A stretch of DNA of 64,000 nt from NCBI GenBank assembly GCA_963750165.1, contig CAVVPN010000003.1, forward strand, positions 1,344,001 through 1,408,000, written 5' to 3'. The position numbers were made by a program, and so were the translations under genes. The notes beneath the pieces are model-generated. The model was not told the origin of the DNA and did no database searches. It was given only the letters and a program-made list of their open reading frames with translations. This document shows positions 50,848-62,269 of this stretch, piece after piece. Every line of letters begins with the position of its first letter. Position 1 is the first letter of the stretch. Origin of the DNA: an uncultured Gemmataceae bacterium. Its GTDB lineage: Bacteria; Planctomycetota; Planctomycetia; Gemmatales; Gemmataceae.

Positions 50848-53800
50848 TCACGGGCCCGGGACCATGCGTACGCGCAGGCCACCGCTCTTCACGCTGGTCA
50901 CCAGTCGTGTGCCGTCGCCGCTCAGCGCCAGGCCGAACGTTTGCCCGTCCGGCTCCAAAAAACGCCGCAGCATGCGTCCGGTGTCCACCTCCCACACGGT
51001 AATCCGGGGATCCAGCTGGTGCTGTTTATCCAACCGCTCCGTGGCGGTCGCCACGCGCTTGCCGTCAGCGCTCGAGCACCACCTGCCGCACCACCTGCCC
51101 ATCGCCCGCCAGCTGGATCACCTGCTTGCCGCTGTCCGCGTCCCAGACCCGAACGGCGCCGTTGTCGAAGCCCACGGCCACGCGCTTGCCGTCGGCGCTG
51201 AGCGCGAGACAACGGGTATGGCCGTCGTTGCCCTCCACCATCTGCCGACCCGCACCACGGCTGTCCGTGTCCCACACCTTGATCGCCCCGTTCTTGTGCC
51301 GCGTCGCCAGCCGGTGGCCGTCCCCGCTCAGGGCGAGGTCAATAACCGGGTTGGGGGTGTCCGTCTTCCACAGTTCCTTGCCGCTATCGGCGTCCCAGAG
51401 TTTGACCGTCCCGACGGCGTTGGCACGGGCGACGCGGCGGCCATCGCCGCTCAGGGCAGCCGCGTGCCACCAGTCTTGATGCTCCTTCAGCAGCGTCTTC
51501 GGCTGGTCGGCTTTGGGGTTCCACAAAAACATCTCCAGAAGTGGGCCTGGAATGTTTTTTTCAAAGTGCCCGGCAAAACTGGCAATCCGCTCGCCGTCGG
51601 CGCTCAGGGCCACGGCCGTGACGGGCGTCTGGTGTCCGGGCAGCACGCGCAGCACCTGACCGGTGTTGCCGTCCCACAGGCGCACGATGCCGTTGCCGTC
51701 ACCGCTGACGACGCGGCCGCCGTCCGCCGTCACCGCCGCGCTGTGGATCGAATGGGGGCACTTCAGCGCCAGGTAATCCAGGTCGTTGTCGGCGTCCCAG
51801 GCCCTGGCGTAGCGATCGCGGCCGCCGCTCAGCAGCCGCTTGCCGTCCCGGCTCAGGGCCAGGCCCAGTACCAGGCCGTGGTGCCCGTGCAGCGCCACCA
51901 GTTCCTGTCCCGTCGTCAGATCCCAGATTTTAATGGCGTTGGGGAAGCTGCCGCTGAACGCCCGCGTGCCGTCGGAACTGATCGCCACGCACGGCACCCG
52001 GAACCCATTCCCGGGCAGCGTCACCAGCAAATCGCCGGTCGCCGCGTCCCAGACGCGCACCGTACCGTCCTGGCCGCCGCTGACGACACGCCGGCCGTCG
52101 CCGGACACCGCCACGCACAGCACGCCGCCCTTGTGGCCGCGCAGCGTCCGCAATTCCTTGCCCGTCTCCGCGTCCCACACCTTGACGGTGCCGTCCTGGC
52201 TGGCGCTGACCACCTGGCGGCCCCCGTCCGCGAACGTCACGGCCCAGACCCAGTCCGTGTGGCCGCTCAGTGTCCGCAGGGCCTTGCCGGTGTCCGCGTC
52301 CCAGAGCCGCACCGTCATGTCGAAACTGCCGCTGGCAACGCGCTTGCCGTCGAGGCTGAGGGCGACGCCGGCCACGGCCATCTTGTGACCCGTCAGCGTC
52401 CACACGACCTTGCGGTTCGCCACGTCCCACACCTTCACCTTACCGTCCACGCCGCCACTCACCGCCCGACCGCCGTCCCGGTCCAGCGCGACCGCCAGCA
52501 CGTCGCCCCTATGTCCATTCGGCGGGGAAACTTCAAACCCGGTCCCCATGTCCCAGAAGACCAGGTCACCATCCTGGCCGGCGCCGGCGGCCCGCTGGCC
52601 GTCGCCGCTCAGGGCCACGGCGATGACCGCCCCGGGGCGCCGCAAGGAGGTCCAGCTCTCCGGCCGCAGGCCCAGGTCCCAGACCTTGACCGTGTTGAGC
52701 AGGCTGCCCATGACCACCCGCTTGCCGTCGCCCGAGAGGGCCACGCTGTACACCGTCACCGGCAGGTCGCGCAGCGTCAAAATCGGCTGCCCCGTGTGGG
52801 TGTCCCAAAGTTTGGTAGTCCGGTCGCCGCTGCCGCTGGCGATGCGGTTGCCGTCGTGGCTGTACGCCAGGCCCAGCACCGAGTCGGTGTGTCCCTCCAG
52901 CCTTGTGAGATGGCGGCCGGTGTCGCCGTCAAAGACGTGGAGGACAGGGTCGTCGCCGGAAGTGACCAGGCGTTTGCCGTCGGCACTCAAGGCGATGGCG
53001 CGGATGGCCTTCGAGCCGGCCTGGAAGGCGCGACCGTTGTTGGTGTCAAGAATTCGGTCGCGAATCATGCCGCTCATGTCGCCGCAGACCACGCGCTGGC
53101 CGTCCGGGGTGATGGCCAGGCAGGTGACGGCCGCAGTTTGGTCCTTGAACACCTGGAGTTCCTTGCCGGTCCTGGCGTCCCAGACGCGGACGGTCCTGTC
53201 TGCGCCGCCGCTGAAGACGCGGCTGCCATCGTTGCTGAGGGCCACGGCCAGCACGTCCCCGCTGTGCCCCAACAGCCGGCGCACTTCCTTGCCGCTGTCG
53301 ATGTCCCACAGATGGACCTGAGGGCCGCTGGCACTGGCGACCCGCTTGCCATCCGGCGTGATGGCGACGGCGACCACCTTCTGATTAAAGCCGTGCTCCA
53401 GAGTGCGAAGTTCCTGGCCGGTGTCGCCATCCCACACTTTGACGGTGCAGTCGTGGCTGGCGCTGGCGATGCGCTTGCCGTCCGGCGTGACGGCCACGGC
53501 CCGGACCGGGGCTTTGTGGCCGCTCAGACCGCGTTCGACGCGGTTGTACAGCGTCCACAGGAAACGGTGCCCCCAGCCGCGGAATTCGAGCCGGCACTCC
53601 GCCAGCAGGTCCAGCGCCCGGATGAAGTCGCCGGCCTGGCCCTCGCGCAGCGCCAGTGCTACCTTGTTGTCGTACAGCAACCGCTCCGCCCGCAGCAGCG
53701 CCTGCTCGGCCCGCTGCTTATCGAGTTTCGCTTCCAGGGCGTTGTTGCTCGCCTCTTGCCGGGCCGTCTCCGCGTTGACCTTGGCGATGACTTCGGCCTC

Positions 53801-55102
53801 CCGACTATTGACCGCCGCGCGCTCGTTACGCTCGGCGACCGTCTTCTGCGCGGCGAACTGAAGCCGCGCCTCCTCGGCGTCACGCTGGCCCTGCCGCGCC
53901 TCCTCGGCGCTGGCGTGAGCCCAGAGCGCGAAGCCCCACGCCACCGCCGTGCCCAGCAGCAGCGCCGTCGCCACCGCGCCCAGCAGTCCGGCAATGGCGG
54001 GGTTGCGCCGGCCCCAGCGCAGCAGCCGTTCCGCCGCGCCCACCGGTCGCGCCAGGATCGGCTCGCCGTTGCGGTAGCGGCGCAGGTCGTCCGCCAGTTC
54101 GCGCGGCCCGGCGTAGCGCTTGTGCGGCTCTTTTTCCAGGCATTTCAGGCAGATGGTGTTCAGGTCGTGCGGCGTCCCGGGGGCCAGCTGCGACGGCGCC
54201 GCCGGCTCGGTTTGCAGCACCTGCTTGAGCGTCTCCAGGGCGGTCGGGGCGTTGAACGGCGGCCTGCCGGTCAGGCACTCGTAAAGGATGGCGCCCAGCG
54301 CGTACACGTCCGCCGCCGGGCCGACCTCGCGGTTCTTGCCGGCGGCCTGCTCGGGGGCCATGTAACTGGGCGTGCCCAAAATGTGGCCACTGACCGTCTG
54401 ATGGGCCATATCGAGGCGCTTGGCCAGGCCAAAGTCGGCGATCTTGGGGGTGCCGTCGGTGGCGAGCAGCACGTTGGCGGGCTTCAGGTCGCGGTGGACG
54501 ATGCGCACCTGGTGGACCACTTCCAGGGCACGGGCCAGCGCCTCGACCAGCGTGGCGGCCTCATCGGGCGAGAGCGGCTTGCCGGCGAGCTTCTGGTGCA
54601 GGCCGCCGCCGGGGCAGTATTCCAGGGCCAGGAAGGGCCGGCCCTGGTGCGCGCCGACGTGGTAAATCTGCACGATGTTAGGGTGCTGCAGTCGGGCGAC
54701 CGTCTCCGCCTCGGCCTGGAAGCGGGCCAACTCGGCGGCGTCGGCGTCGGGGCCGGCGCGGAGCACCTTCAGCGCCACGGTGCGGTTCAGGCTGACCTGG
54801 CGGGCCTTGTAGACGACGCCCATGCCACCGCGGCCCAGTTCGACCAGATCGGTGTAGTCGGGGATGTGCGGCATTTCCGGGACGGTCGGCCACGGCACAC
54901 CCAGGGTCGCGCCCAGCGGCGGGGCGGAGCCGGGCGTGACGGGCGGCGGCAGCAGGCGGGCGGACAGGGTGTGCAGTTCCTTCAGGTGTCGCTGACACTC
55001 CGGGCAGTTCGCGACGTGGACCGTCAGCAGGGCGGCCTCGTCCGCGCCGAGGCGGTCGTCCAGGAATTGACGCAGCTGCTCGCTCGGGGGACAGGCGGTC
55101 AT
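50848..55102 (-). CDS. Ser/Thr protein kinase with TM helix and WD40 repeats (1-bp frameshift ~51075)
   Basis: N-terminal HVANCPEC zinc finger, LGRGGMG, HRDLKPAN, DFGLA, YMAPE, many GH..WD repeats; last repeats continue in ORF 50848..51102. Confidence 0.92.
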
Positions 55103-55194
55103 GGGTCGTCCTCGCTGGCCGCGGGCGGGACGGCTTTTCCCGGCCATTATGACGGTGCGCGGGACGGCCTGCAACTGTCGCTCCGAGTTCTTTC

Positions 55195-55250
55195 GTGGGA
55201 TGGGCTTGCAGCCTGTCGAGCAGCATGACAGGCCGGAAGCCCATCCTCCC
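55195..55250. repeat. Degenerate REP-like palindrome
   Basis: GGATGGGCTTGCAGCCTGTC / GACAGGCCGGAAGCCCATCC. Confidence 0.65.
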
Positions 55251-55264
55251 GTAGACAATCCGCT

Positions 55265-56227
55265 TTATTTCTCCCGGCCCCACTGCTTGCCCAGGGCCTC
55301 CCAGTCGCGCTCCGGCTGCACGATCAGGCCCAGCACCACGCCGCTCGGGACAGGATAAGTCGGGCACACGGGAGTCACGTCGCCGAAGTGGTTTTTCAAG
55401 GAATTCTCCGTCACGGTAAGCGCCTTTCTGTCCTCCCGCGTCGCCCCGGCGCCGGCGTGGTACAGCACCGGGCCTTCGGGAAACGTCTGTGCCTGCACCC
55501 AGTCACGCACGCGGCGATAGCGCCGCGGCGTGTCGGCCACACTTGTCAGGTAGACGATGAAATAGCCCGCCGCCTGGGCCTTCGCCAGCGCCACCCGGGC
55601 CGCGTTCAGGCCGGCGAACGCGCGCACGGTCTCGGCCTTGCGAAAGTCCTCGGCCCGGTCGGTCAGCGTATGCACATCCACCAGCAGCACCTTGGCCGGC
55701 GGCGGCTTGATCCAGATGCGGGCGTTGTCTGTCGCCGTGGTGTTGCGGGCGCGGTCGAGGTAGCGCACCTGGAAAACGAACATCCCCGGTGGCAGCCGGT
55801 CCGGCCAGGCGAGCGCCACGGCCCCGTCCGCGGCCGGTTCGACCGGTTGGTCGCGCGTCTGGTCCGGCCCCGCTGGCGGCACCATGCGTGCCACGTACAC
55901 CTCGCAGGTGGAGAAGTTGACGCTGCCCCCCTCGGCCGACGCCGGTTCGAGCCGGGCCTGGATGCTGTGATCGTCCTGCGGCCCCAGCCAGAGTTGGTCG
56001 AACGCCACGACTTCCAACACGGGCGGCGGCGGCTTCGGCCAGAACCACCACACGGCCAGGCTGACCGGCAGGGCGAACAGCAGCAGCAGGAGCAGTCCCC
56101 ACGCCAGGCGGCGCGGCCGGCGGCTCCGCACGGAACTTTTCAGCTGGGAGGTGAGTTGCTCCAGCCGCGCCGGATCGACGGGCCTTTTGCCGGCGCGGCC
56201 GGGGGGGGTCGGGTCAAGGTTGCTCAT
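55265..56227 (-). CDS. Membrane-anchored hypothetical protein with degenerate HAD/LNS2-like C-terminal domain
   Basis: TM helix LAWGLLLLLLFALPVSLAVWWFW; LLVDV, GYFIVYLT, FPEGPVL. Confidence 0.65.
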   Translation of the reverse strand: MSNLDPTPPGRAGKRPVDPARLEQLTSQLKSSVRSRRPRRLAWGLLLLLLFALPVSLAVWWFWPKPPPPVLEVVAFDQLWLGPQDDHSIQARLEPASAEGGSVNFSTCEVYVARMVPPAGPDQTRDQPVEPAADGAVALAWPDRLPPGMFVFQVRYLDRARNTTATDNARIWIKPPPAKVLLVDVHTLTDRAEDFRKAETVRAFAGLNAARVALAKAQAAGYFIVYLTSVADTPRRYRRVRDWVQAQTFPEGPVLYHAGAGATREDRKALTVTENSLKNHFGDVTPVCPTYPVPSGVVLGLIVQPERDWEALGKQWGREK

Positions 56228-57362
56228 AACGGTGCCGGTTGCTGCCGCAGCTGCGTCGAGGACACGTCCACGCGGAAGCGCTGCGGCGGGATCGCCTGGA
56301 ACAGGTCGCGCCACGCCGCGGGCACGCCGATGCCGTCCAGGTCCAGATATTGTCCGCTGCCGTCGGCCCGGCACGCAACCAGAAATCGGCAGCCGTGGCC
56401 GCGAATCGCGTCCAGCGCTGCCGCCATGCCTGTCTCACCGTCGGCGTAGTAGTGCGGCGCGAACAGCCGCGCCGCCGTGTCCGCCCCGACCACGAACGCC
56501 GTGCCCGGGAACAATCGCGCCTTCTCCGCGAACGTCGGCGCCGCCGTCAGCCAGACCGGCGCCAGCCACGCGAACTGCCGCAGCCGGATCCGCACTTCTT
56601 CGGGTGGAATCGCCCCCTTATCGACATTGCGGACACTCAGCTCGAAGGCGGCCGGCTGGCCGAGCAGTTCGGCGGCGACGCGGGCCAACTCCCGATGGCC
56701 GTGATGCAGCGGGTTGAATGCCCCGGGCAGCAGGGCCGCGGGCGGCGCCGCGGTGGCGTGCAACCGGCCGTCCGGCGCGACGCACAGCATCTGGCCGGCG
56801 CTTACCAGGAGGGCCGCCCCATCCGCGCCCGGTTCCTCCGTCAACCGATCTCCCGGCAGCAACGCGACGGGCAGGGCGGTGCTGATGCCGAACAATCGCG
56901 CCATGGCACCGAGCAGCAGGGCCTTGACCACGGCTTCCTCGCCGGCACGGTCGCGAGCGCCCTTGTCCAGGGTCAGGCTCAGGGTGAGGGTGGCGGTGTC
57001 CGTGCAGACGGTGATGAAGGCGCGATGGTCGCCGCGCTTGGGCCGGTCGGTCGCCAGGCTGGCGGTACAGCCGATGCCGGCGACGGCGTGCCCCGGTGCC
57101 AGCCAGGCGGCGCGGTCGCGGCGCGCGCGGCCATGGCGCGGCTGGTGGCGGCGGAGCAATACTGTTCAGGGGAGTGGCCCAGGAATTCACACAGCGCCCG
57201 TTCGTGATAGGGGATGACGACTTCCAGCAAGGTCCGCGAGCCGCCGGGCACGTTGAGCAGCTGGGCCGCCGCCCCGGTGCCGCCGCCGGTCAGCGCCAGC
57301 ACGTACTGGTAGCGTCCCTCGCGGTGCAGTGCCTCGATCAGTTGACGGGTGGCGGTGTCCAT
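56224..57362 (-). CDS. CinA/PncC-like plus nucleotidyltransferase (NadD-like) fusion (1-bp frameshift ~57120)
   Basis: TGGG..VPGGSRTLLE..CSAATSRAMA; GIGCTASL; LLPGAFNPLHHGH, FVVGADT, DVSSTQLR. Confidence 0.8.
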
Positions 57363-57443
57363 GAGCGAGCCCTGTCTTTCCTTGCCCTGCTCGGTGCGTG
57401 TAACATCATAAGGATACTCGAACCGCAAGCACCGGACGACGCC

Positions 57444-58307
57444 ATGACCGACCATTTCGATCTTCAAACCGCGGCACGAGCCATGCAGGCAGCAGGCGAG
57501 CAGGGCAAAGCGGTCGCCCCCGTGCTCAAGCGCCTCTGTCCCGCCATTTCCCGGCAGATTGTCACAGATGGGGACACGCCCGGGCTGCTGTCGTTCTGGG
57601 GCCGCAGCGCCAACGTGGATGAAAACGTCGGCCAAACCATCGTCCCGCCGGCGATCCTGCAGGCCATCGGTCAACTGGCCGGGGTGCCGCTGCGGGGGCG
57701 TTTCGTCCACGCTGGCTTGCAGCACACCTACGGCTATCTCTTCAGTCTGATCGAGACGCCGTACGGCTACAAGCGTGACCGCTGGGTGTCGGAGGAGTGG
57801 GAACGCGGCTTCGGCATCGACCGCTCACTGCTCGGCCCGGTCCCGCGGGCCGGCACGCTGCTGGCGAACCTGACCTGGTTCATGGGTCAGGTGGTGTACT
57901 GCGAACTGCCGCGGCCGCTGCATGCCCTCGAACAATGCGCGGCGGCGGTCGCCCCGGAACTTGTTTGCTATCCGTTCCGCGATCTCCCCGTCCGCCGCGT
58001 GGTGGAACAGGTCGAATACCCCCCGGACAGCGGCCGCACGGTGCAGCTGTTTACCGACCTGGTGCCGTACCCCAATCCCCCCGCGGCCCCGGACGCCGAT
58101 GTCGCCGTGCTGCTGTACTCGGTGCAAGCCGGCGCGCGCGTACCGCCGCGGCTCATCACCGCCTTCCCCGTCCGCGAGCAGATGGTGCAGGAACTCACGG
58201 CGTCCGCCTCCGGGCGGGCACGCAAGGATGTGCGGCTGCGCTACAACGCCTACCTGCCGGGACTCTACGGCAAGATCGCGCAGGGCCGCCGCTTCCTGGC
58301 CCGCTAA
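57444..58307 (+). CDS. Hypothetical protein
   Basis: Coding-like codon usage; motif-rich segments FWGRSANVDE, HAGLQHTYGYLFSLIETPYGYKRDRW, RLITAFP, RLRYNA. Confidence 0.75.
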   Translation: MTDHFDLQTAARAMQAAGEQGKAVAPVLKRLCPAISRQIVTDGDTPGLLSFWGRSANVDENVGQTIVPPAILQAIGQLAGVPLRGRFVHAGLQHTYGYLFSLIETPYGYKRDRWVSEEWERGFGIDRSLLGPVPRAGTLLANLTWFMGQVVYCELPRPLHALEQCAAAVAPELVCYPFRDLPVRRVVEQVEYPPDSGRTVQLFTDLVPYPNPPAAPDADVAVLLYSVQAGARVPPRLITAFPVREQMVQELTASASGRARKDVRLRYNAYLPGLYGKIAQGRRFLAR

Positions 58308-58392
58308 GTCAGTGTTCAACGATTACTTCCGCAAAGGGCGGCTAGAATAACCTTGGTCCTTTCGCAGCTTGCTCGAAGGGAGGTAAGGTCCG

Positions 58393-58551
58393 ATGGCCAA
58401 GAAGAAACATCTGGCCAGGAAACGTCTACACAGCGGAAGAGTTGGCGAAGGCAAACCCGGCCCAACAGGCGGAACTCCGCCAACACCTGGAAAGCCGCCG
58501 CCACCGGCGGGTCAACCGCACGCGATCCCCACGCATTCCTCCAGCAGTTAA
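58393..58551 (+). CDS. Possible 52-aa basic, Pro-rich small protein
   Basis: GGAGGT 8 nt before ATG; MAKKKHLARKRLHSG..PPTPGKPPPP. Confidence 0.3.
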   Translation: MAKKKHLARKRLHSGRVGEGKPGPTGGTPPTPGKPPPPAGQPHAIPTHSSSS

Positions 58552-58752
58552 AGGAAAACCTGCTCCGGCCGGCTTTACCGTCCTGGTTTTTTTCTAGGAC
58601 AGCAATCCTGACTGGAGTGGACAGAATTCCCTGTGTATTCAGACAGATGGACTAATGAGCACCGCCATTATTCCCTGGGGAACTCCACGGCTCCAGTCAG
58701 GATTGCCGTCCTAGAAAAAAAGACGAAAGGGTGATGGAGGAAGCGTCCGCCC

Positions 58753-59887
58753 TCAACCGCCTTTTCCGTGCAGCACCTTCTCCAGCAGTGGATACGCCAC
58801 CCGGCCGCTCCACGCATGGCCGCCGTCGAAACGGTCTACCTGCAACTGCTCCGCGGCGCCCAGCACCTTGTACGCCCGGCCCATCCGCTCCAGCGCCCGG
58901 TCCACCCATTTCGGGACCATCAACTTGTCCTTGGCCCCGACCTCCCAGACGCACGGCCGTGGCGCGATCAGTGAGCCGATCTCCGGCACGTCGCCGTACT
59001 CCAGCAGGCCGGGGATCACCTGGGCGCCGCAGCTGTAACGCACCGCCACGCGCTCCTGCATCACGTTCAGCGCCTCCGGAAACCACCGCGACGCGGATGC
59101 GCGGCTCCAGGGCGGCGGTCAGCATGGTCATGCGGCCGCCGTAGGACAGGCCGACGCAGCCGAGTTTCTTCGCGTCCACCTCCGAGCGCCGGGCCAGCAG
59201 TTCCACCGCCCACAGGCAGTCGCGCAGGTTCTCGCCCATCAGCACCTTGCCGAACATTTGCAGTCGCAAAAAGGTGATGCCGCACGCATCCTGTTTGCCG
59301 TAGGTCGCCGGGTCGCCCAGCCGGCGGCCGAACGGCGTCAGGCACGGCACCGCCACCACGTAGCCGCGCCGCACCAGCTGCCGGCCGTAGTCGTAGTTGC
59401 ACGACGCGATCGCCTTGGCCACGCCCGGCTTGTCGTCGCAGCCGGCCACGGGGTCGTAGCCGTAATTGCCGTGGCCGTGCAGCGCCAGCACCCCCGGCCG
59501 CGGTTTGTCCTTGCCGGCGCCTGTCGGCACCAGCACGTGGACCGGCAGCGGCGGGTGGCCGGCGGCGGTCAGGATTAATTCTTCGCGGCGATGGTCCTTC
59601 AGCTCGACGACGCGCTCGACGTGGGTTTTCCACTGGGCGGGCGGCCGGTGCGGGCCGAGCAGGGCGCGGAGCTTGGCGGCGAACTCGGCCTGCCACTTCC
59701 GGCACTCTTCCGCCGTCTGGCCACGGAACTCCAGCTTCAACGGCGCATCCGCGGCCATCTGGCGGAGGCGCTCGTCGATGGTCGGCACCCGCTGTGGCTG
59801 TTGCGCGAACAGTGCGCCCGCGGCGAGCAGGGCCGCGGCGGCAACCGCCAGCAGCGGCCGGCGGACCCAGGAGAAGCATCGACGCAT
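58753..59887 (-). CDS. Secreted alpha/beta hydrolase (dienelactone hydrolase/acetylxylan esterase-like; 1-bp frameshift ~59073)
   Basis: LALHGHG, GLSYGG nucleophile elbow, IAPRP, FDGGH in the shifted frame. Confidence 0.85.
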
Positions 59888-60203
59888 GGAAAACCTCCCT
59901 ATCCGGCGCGCCAACAGCAAACGCCTCTTTGCGCCATCACGTCTTACTAATACGGGGAAATTGGCCTGTGCCAAGCATCGGCGCCGCGCCGTGCCAACCG
60001 CCCTACCCGCAGGGCCGTTGCGCTTCTTGCTCCGCGCCTGGCGGTAAGTTCCCTGGGCGGCGCGGGGTGTCGGATTGTGGGTGGGGAATCCGCGCGTCCC
60101 CTGGGGCTGACAGGGGGGTCTGTGAAATGAAACGAGATGAAAACCTTCCCTGGCACTACCTCCATAATACCGCCCAGCCCGCTTCCGGGGAACCGCCTCT
60201 TTC

Positions 60204-60261
60204 GTGGGGCAGGCTTTCCAGCCTGCCGAGGCGCCACGGCAGGCTGGAAAGCCTGCCCCAC
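60204..60261. repeat. REP-like palindrome (GTGGGGCAG family)
   Basis: GTGGGGCAGGCTTTCCAGCCTGCCG / CGGCAGGCTGGAAAGCCTGCCCCAC. Confidence 0.9.
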
Positions 60262-60295
60262 ATTCCCAGCCTTGAAACAGTGAACGACCCTGGCC

Positions 60296-61180
60296 CTATC
60301 CGGCCAGCACCTTGACCGGCCGCAGCACCCGCGGCCCGGCCTGGTACTCCGCCACGGCCACAAGCTGGCCCGCCGCGTCGAAGATGGCCACCGCCGCCCC
60401 GTCCGCCGCGTCCGCCGGCAGCGCCAGCGCGCCACCCTGGCGCAGTCGCTGGGCCTGATCCGCGCTGACCGTGACCGCCGGCAATTCGGCGACGGCCGCG
60501 GCCACCGGCAGCAGCCGCGCCCGCGCCACGGCGGCGTCGGCGTTCGGCGGCAGGCCCTGCTCGGCGGTGAACGGCCCCAGCCGTGTCCGCCGCAGCGTTT
60601 GCACCAGCGCCCCGCAGCCGAGCCGCTCGCCCAGGTCGCGGGCCAGCGACCGGATGTACGTCCCCTTGCCGCAGCGCACCTCCAGCTCCAGGTGGGGATA
60701 CGCGAAGCTCGCCACGTCGATGCCGTCGATGCGCACGCGCCGCGGTTGCAGCATCACTTCCTCGCCGCGCCGGGCCAGGTCGTAGGCCCGCTGGCCGGTG
60801 ACGCGCGCGGCCGAGAACTGCGGCGGCACCTGCTCGATCACGCCGACGAACACCCGCAGCTGGGCCTCCACCTCGGCGCGGTCGGGCGGCCGCGCCCCCG
60901 GCATCGGCGTAACGGTGCCGTCGGCGTCGTCGGTGTCGCTGCGGCTGCCGAGCAGCAGACCGGCGCGGTAGGTCTTGGCCATGTCCTGCACATACTCGCT
61001 CAGGCGCGTGGCGGCGCCGGCGCACAGCACCAGCACGCCGGTAGCCAGCGGGTCGAGGGTGCCGGTGTGACCCAGGCGGGTGCCGCGCGGGAACCAGCGC
61101 TGGGCAGCGTCCACCGCGGCCCGCGAGGTCATGCCCGTGGGCTTGTCCAGGACCAGCAACCCGTGAACGGCGGCACTCAT
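60296..61180 (-). CDS. truB: tRNA pseudouridine(55) synthase
   Basis: DKPTGMTS, GHTGTLDPLATGVL, QVPPQFSA, CGKGTYIRSLARDLG. Confidence 0.96.
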   Translation of the reverse strand: MSAAVHGLLVLDKPTGMTSRAAVDAAQRWFPRGTRLGHTGTLDPLATGVLVLCAGAATRLSEYVQDMAKTYRAGLLLGSRSDTDDADGTVTPMPGARPPDRAEVEAQLRVFVGVIEQVPPQFSAARVTGQRAYDLARRGEEVMLQPRRVRIDGIDVASFAYPHLELEVRCGKGTYIRSLARDLGERLGCGALVQTLRRTRLGPFTAEQGLPPNADAAVARARLLPVAAAVAELPAVTVSADQAQRLRQGGALALPADAADGAAVAIFDAAGQLVAVAEYQAGPRVLRPVKVLAG

Positions 61181-61307
61181 GACGGCACCTCGGGCAAGGG
61201 ATCTCTTTCAGCGGCGGCCTGGGTCGAGTATAACGCGGAGGGTGGGGCCGTCCAGTCTGACGCCGGAGGCGTCTGGACGGTTCGCGCAGCGGAGACAAGG
61301 GGACACC

Positions 61308-62210
61308 ATGCCGGTGCCGGAACTGTGCGTCATCTTCAACCCCAGGGCGGGCCGGCAGCGGGCGGCCCGCCGGCTGGCACAGCTGCGGCATAACTGGGCG
61401 GCCCGCGCGGTCTTCTGGCCGACGGAGCGGCCCGCCCACGCCGAGGAGTTAGCCAAGTATGCGGCCCAGGAGGGCTTCGCCACGGTGGCGGCCGCGGGCG
61501 GCGACGGCACACTGCACGAGGTCGCCAACGGGCTGCTGCAGGCTGGCCGGCCGAACGTGGTGTTCGGCGTGGTGCCGATCGGCTCGGCCAACGACTATGC
61601 CGTCAGCCTCGCGAGCAACGACGTCGGGCAGCACGAGCCGCAGCCGGTGGACGTGGCGACGATCAGCGACGCCACGGGCCGGCAGCGGCACTTCATCTGC
61701 TGCATGGGCCTGGGGCTGAACGGGGCCGTTACCCTGGAGGCGCGGAAGATCAAACGGTTGCAGGGGCTGGCGCTGTACGGCCTGGCGACGCTGCGGGCGC
61801 TGTGGTATCGCTACGCCACGCCGCCGCTGGAGGTGACCATCGACGGTCAACCGCCGGTGACGTGGCCGACGCTGATGCTGAGCGTGATGCTGGGGCGGAG
61901 TGAGGGCGGGTTCGTGATGGCGCCGCGGGCGCGGGTAGATGATGGACTGTTCGACTACCTGCAAGCGGGGGCGCTGTCGCGCTTCGAGGTGATGCGTTTC
62001 CTGCCGCGGATGGCGATCTGGGGGCCGCCGGACGATCACCCCAAGGTGCGCCAGGGCCAGTGCCGTGAACTGACGCTCCGGTCCCCTGTGCCGTTGACCG
62101 TCCACATCGACGGCGAATTTTTCGCCCGCCCCGAGGACGACGTCCGCACGATGCACATCCGCCTGGTGCCGCACGCCCTGCGCCTGCAGGTGTTCACGCC
62201 GGGCCAGTGA
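61308..62210 (+). CDS. Diacylglycerol/lipid kinase family protein
   Basis: IFNPRAG, GGDGTLHEVANG, PIGSANDYA, HIDGE. Confidence 0.92.
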   Translation: MPVPELCVIFNPRAGRQRAARRLAQLRHNWAARAVFWPTERPAHAEELAKYAAQEGFATVAAAGGDGTLHEVANGLLQAGRPNVVFGVVPIGSANDYAVSLASNDVGQHEPQPVDVATISDATGRQRHFICCMGLGLNGAVTLEARKIKRLQGLALYGLATLRALWYRYATPPLEVTIDGQPPVTWPTLMLSVMLGRSEGGFVMAPRARVDDGLFDYLQAGALSRFEVMRFLPRMAIWGPPDDHPKVRQGQCRELTLRSPVPLTVHIDGEFFARPEDDVRTMHIRLVPHALRLQVFTPGQ

Positions 62211-62212
62211 TG

Positions 62213-62266
62213 GTCTGTCTTCGTTCGTAGTACCGCCTGAAGGCGGTACTACGAACGAAGACAGAC
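62213..62266. repeat. Perfect palindrome/REP between convergent genes
   Basis: 26-bp arms GTCTGTCTTCGTTCGTAGTACCGCCT / AGGCGGTACTACGAACGAAGACAGAC. Confidence 0.9.
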
Positions 62267-62269
62267 TCG

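Noticed and set aside
50864..55228. 1454-aa + strand ORF
   Set aside because: Antisense shadow of the WD40 kinase.
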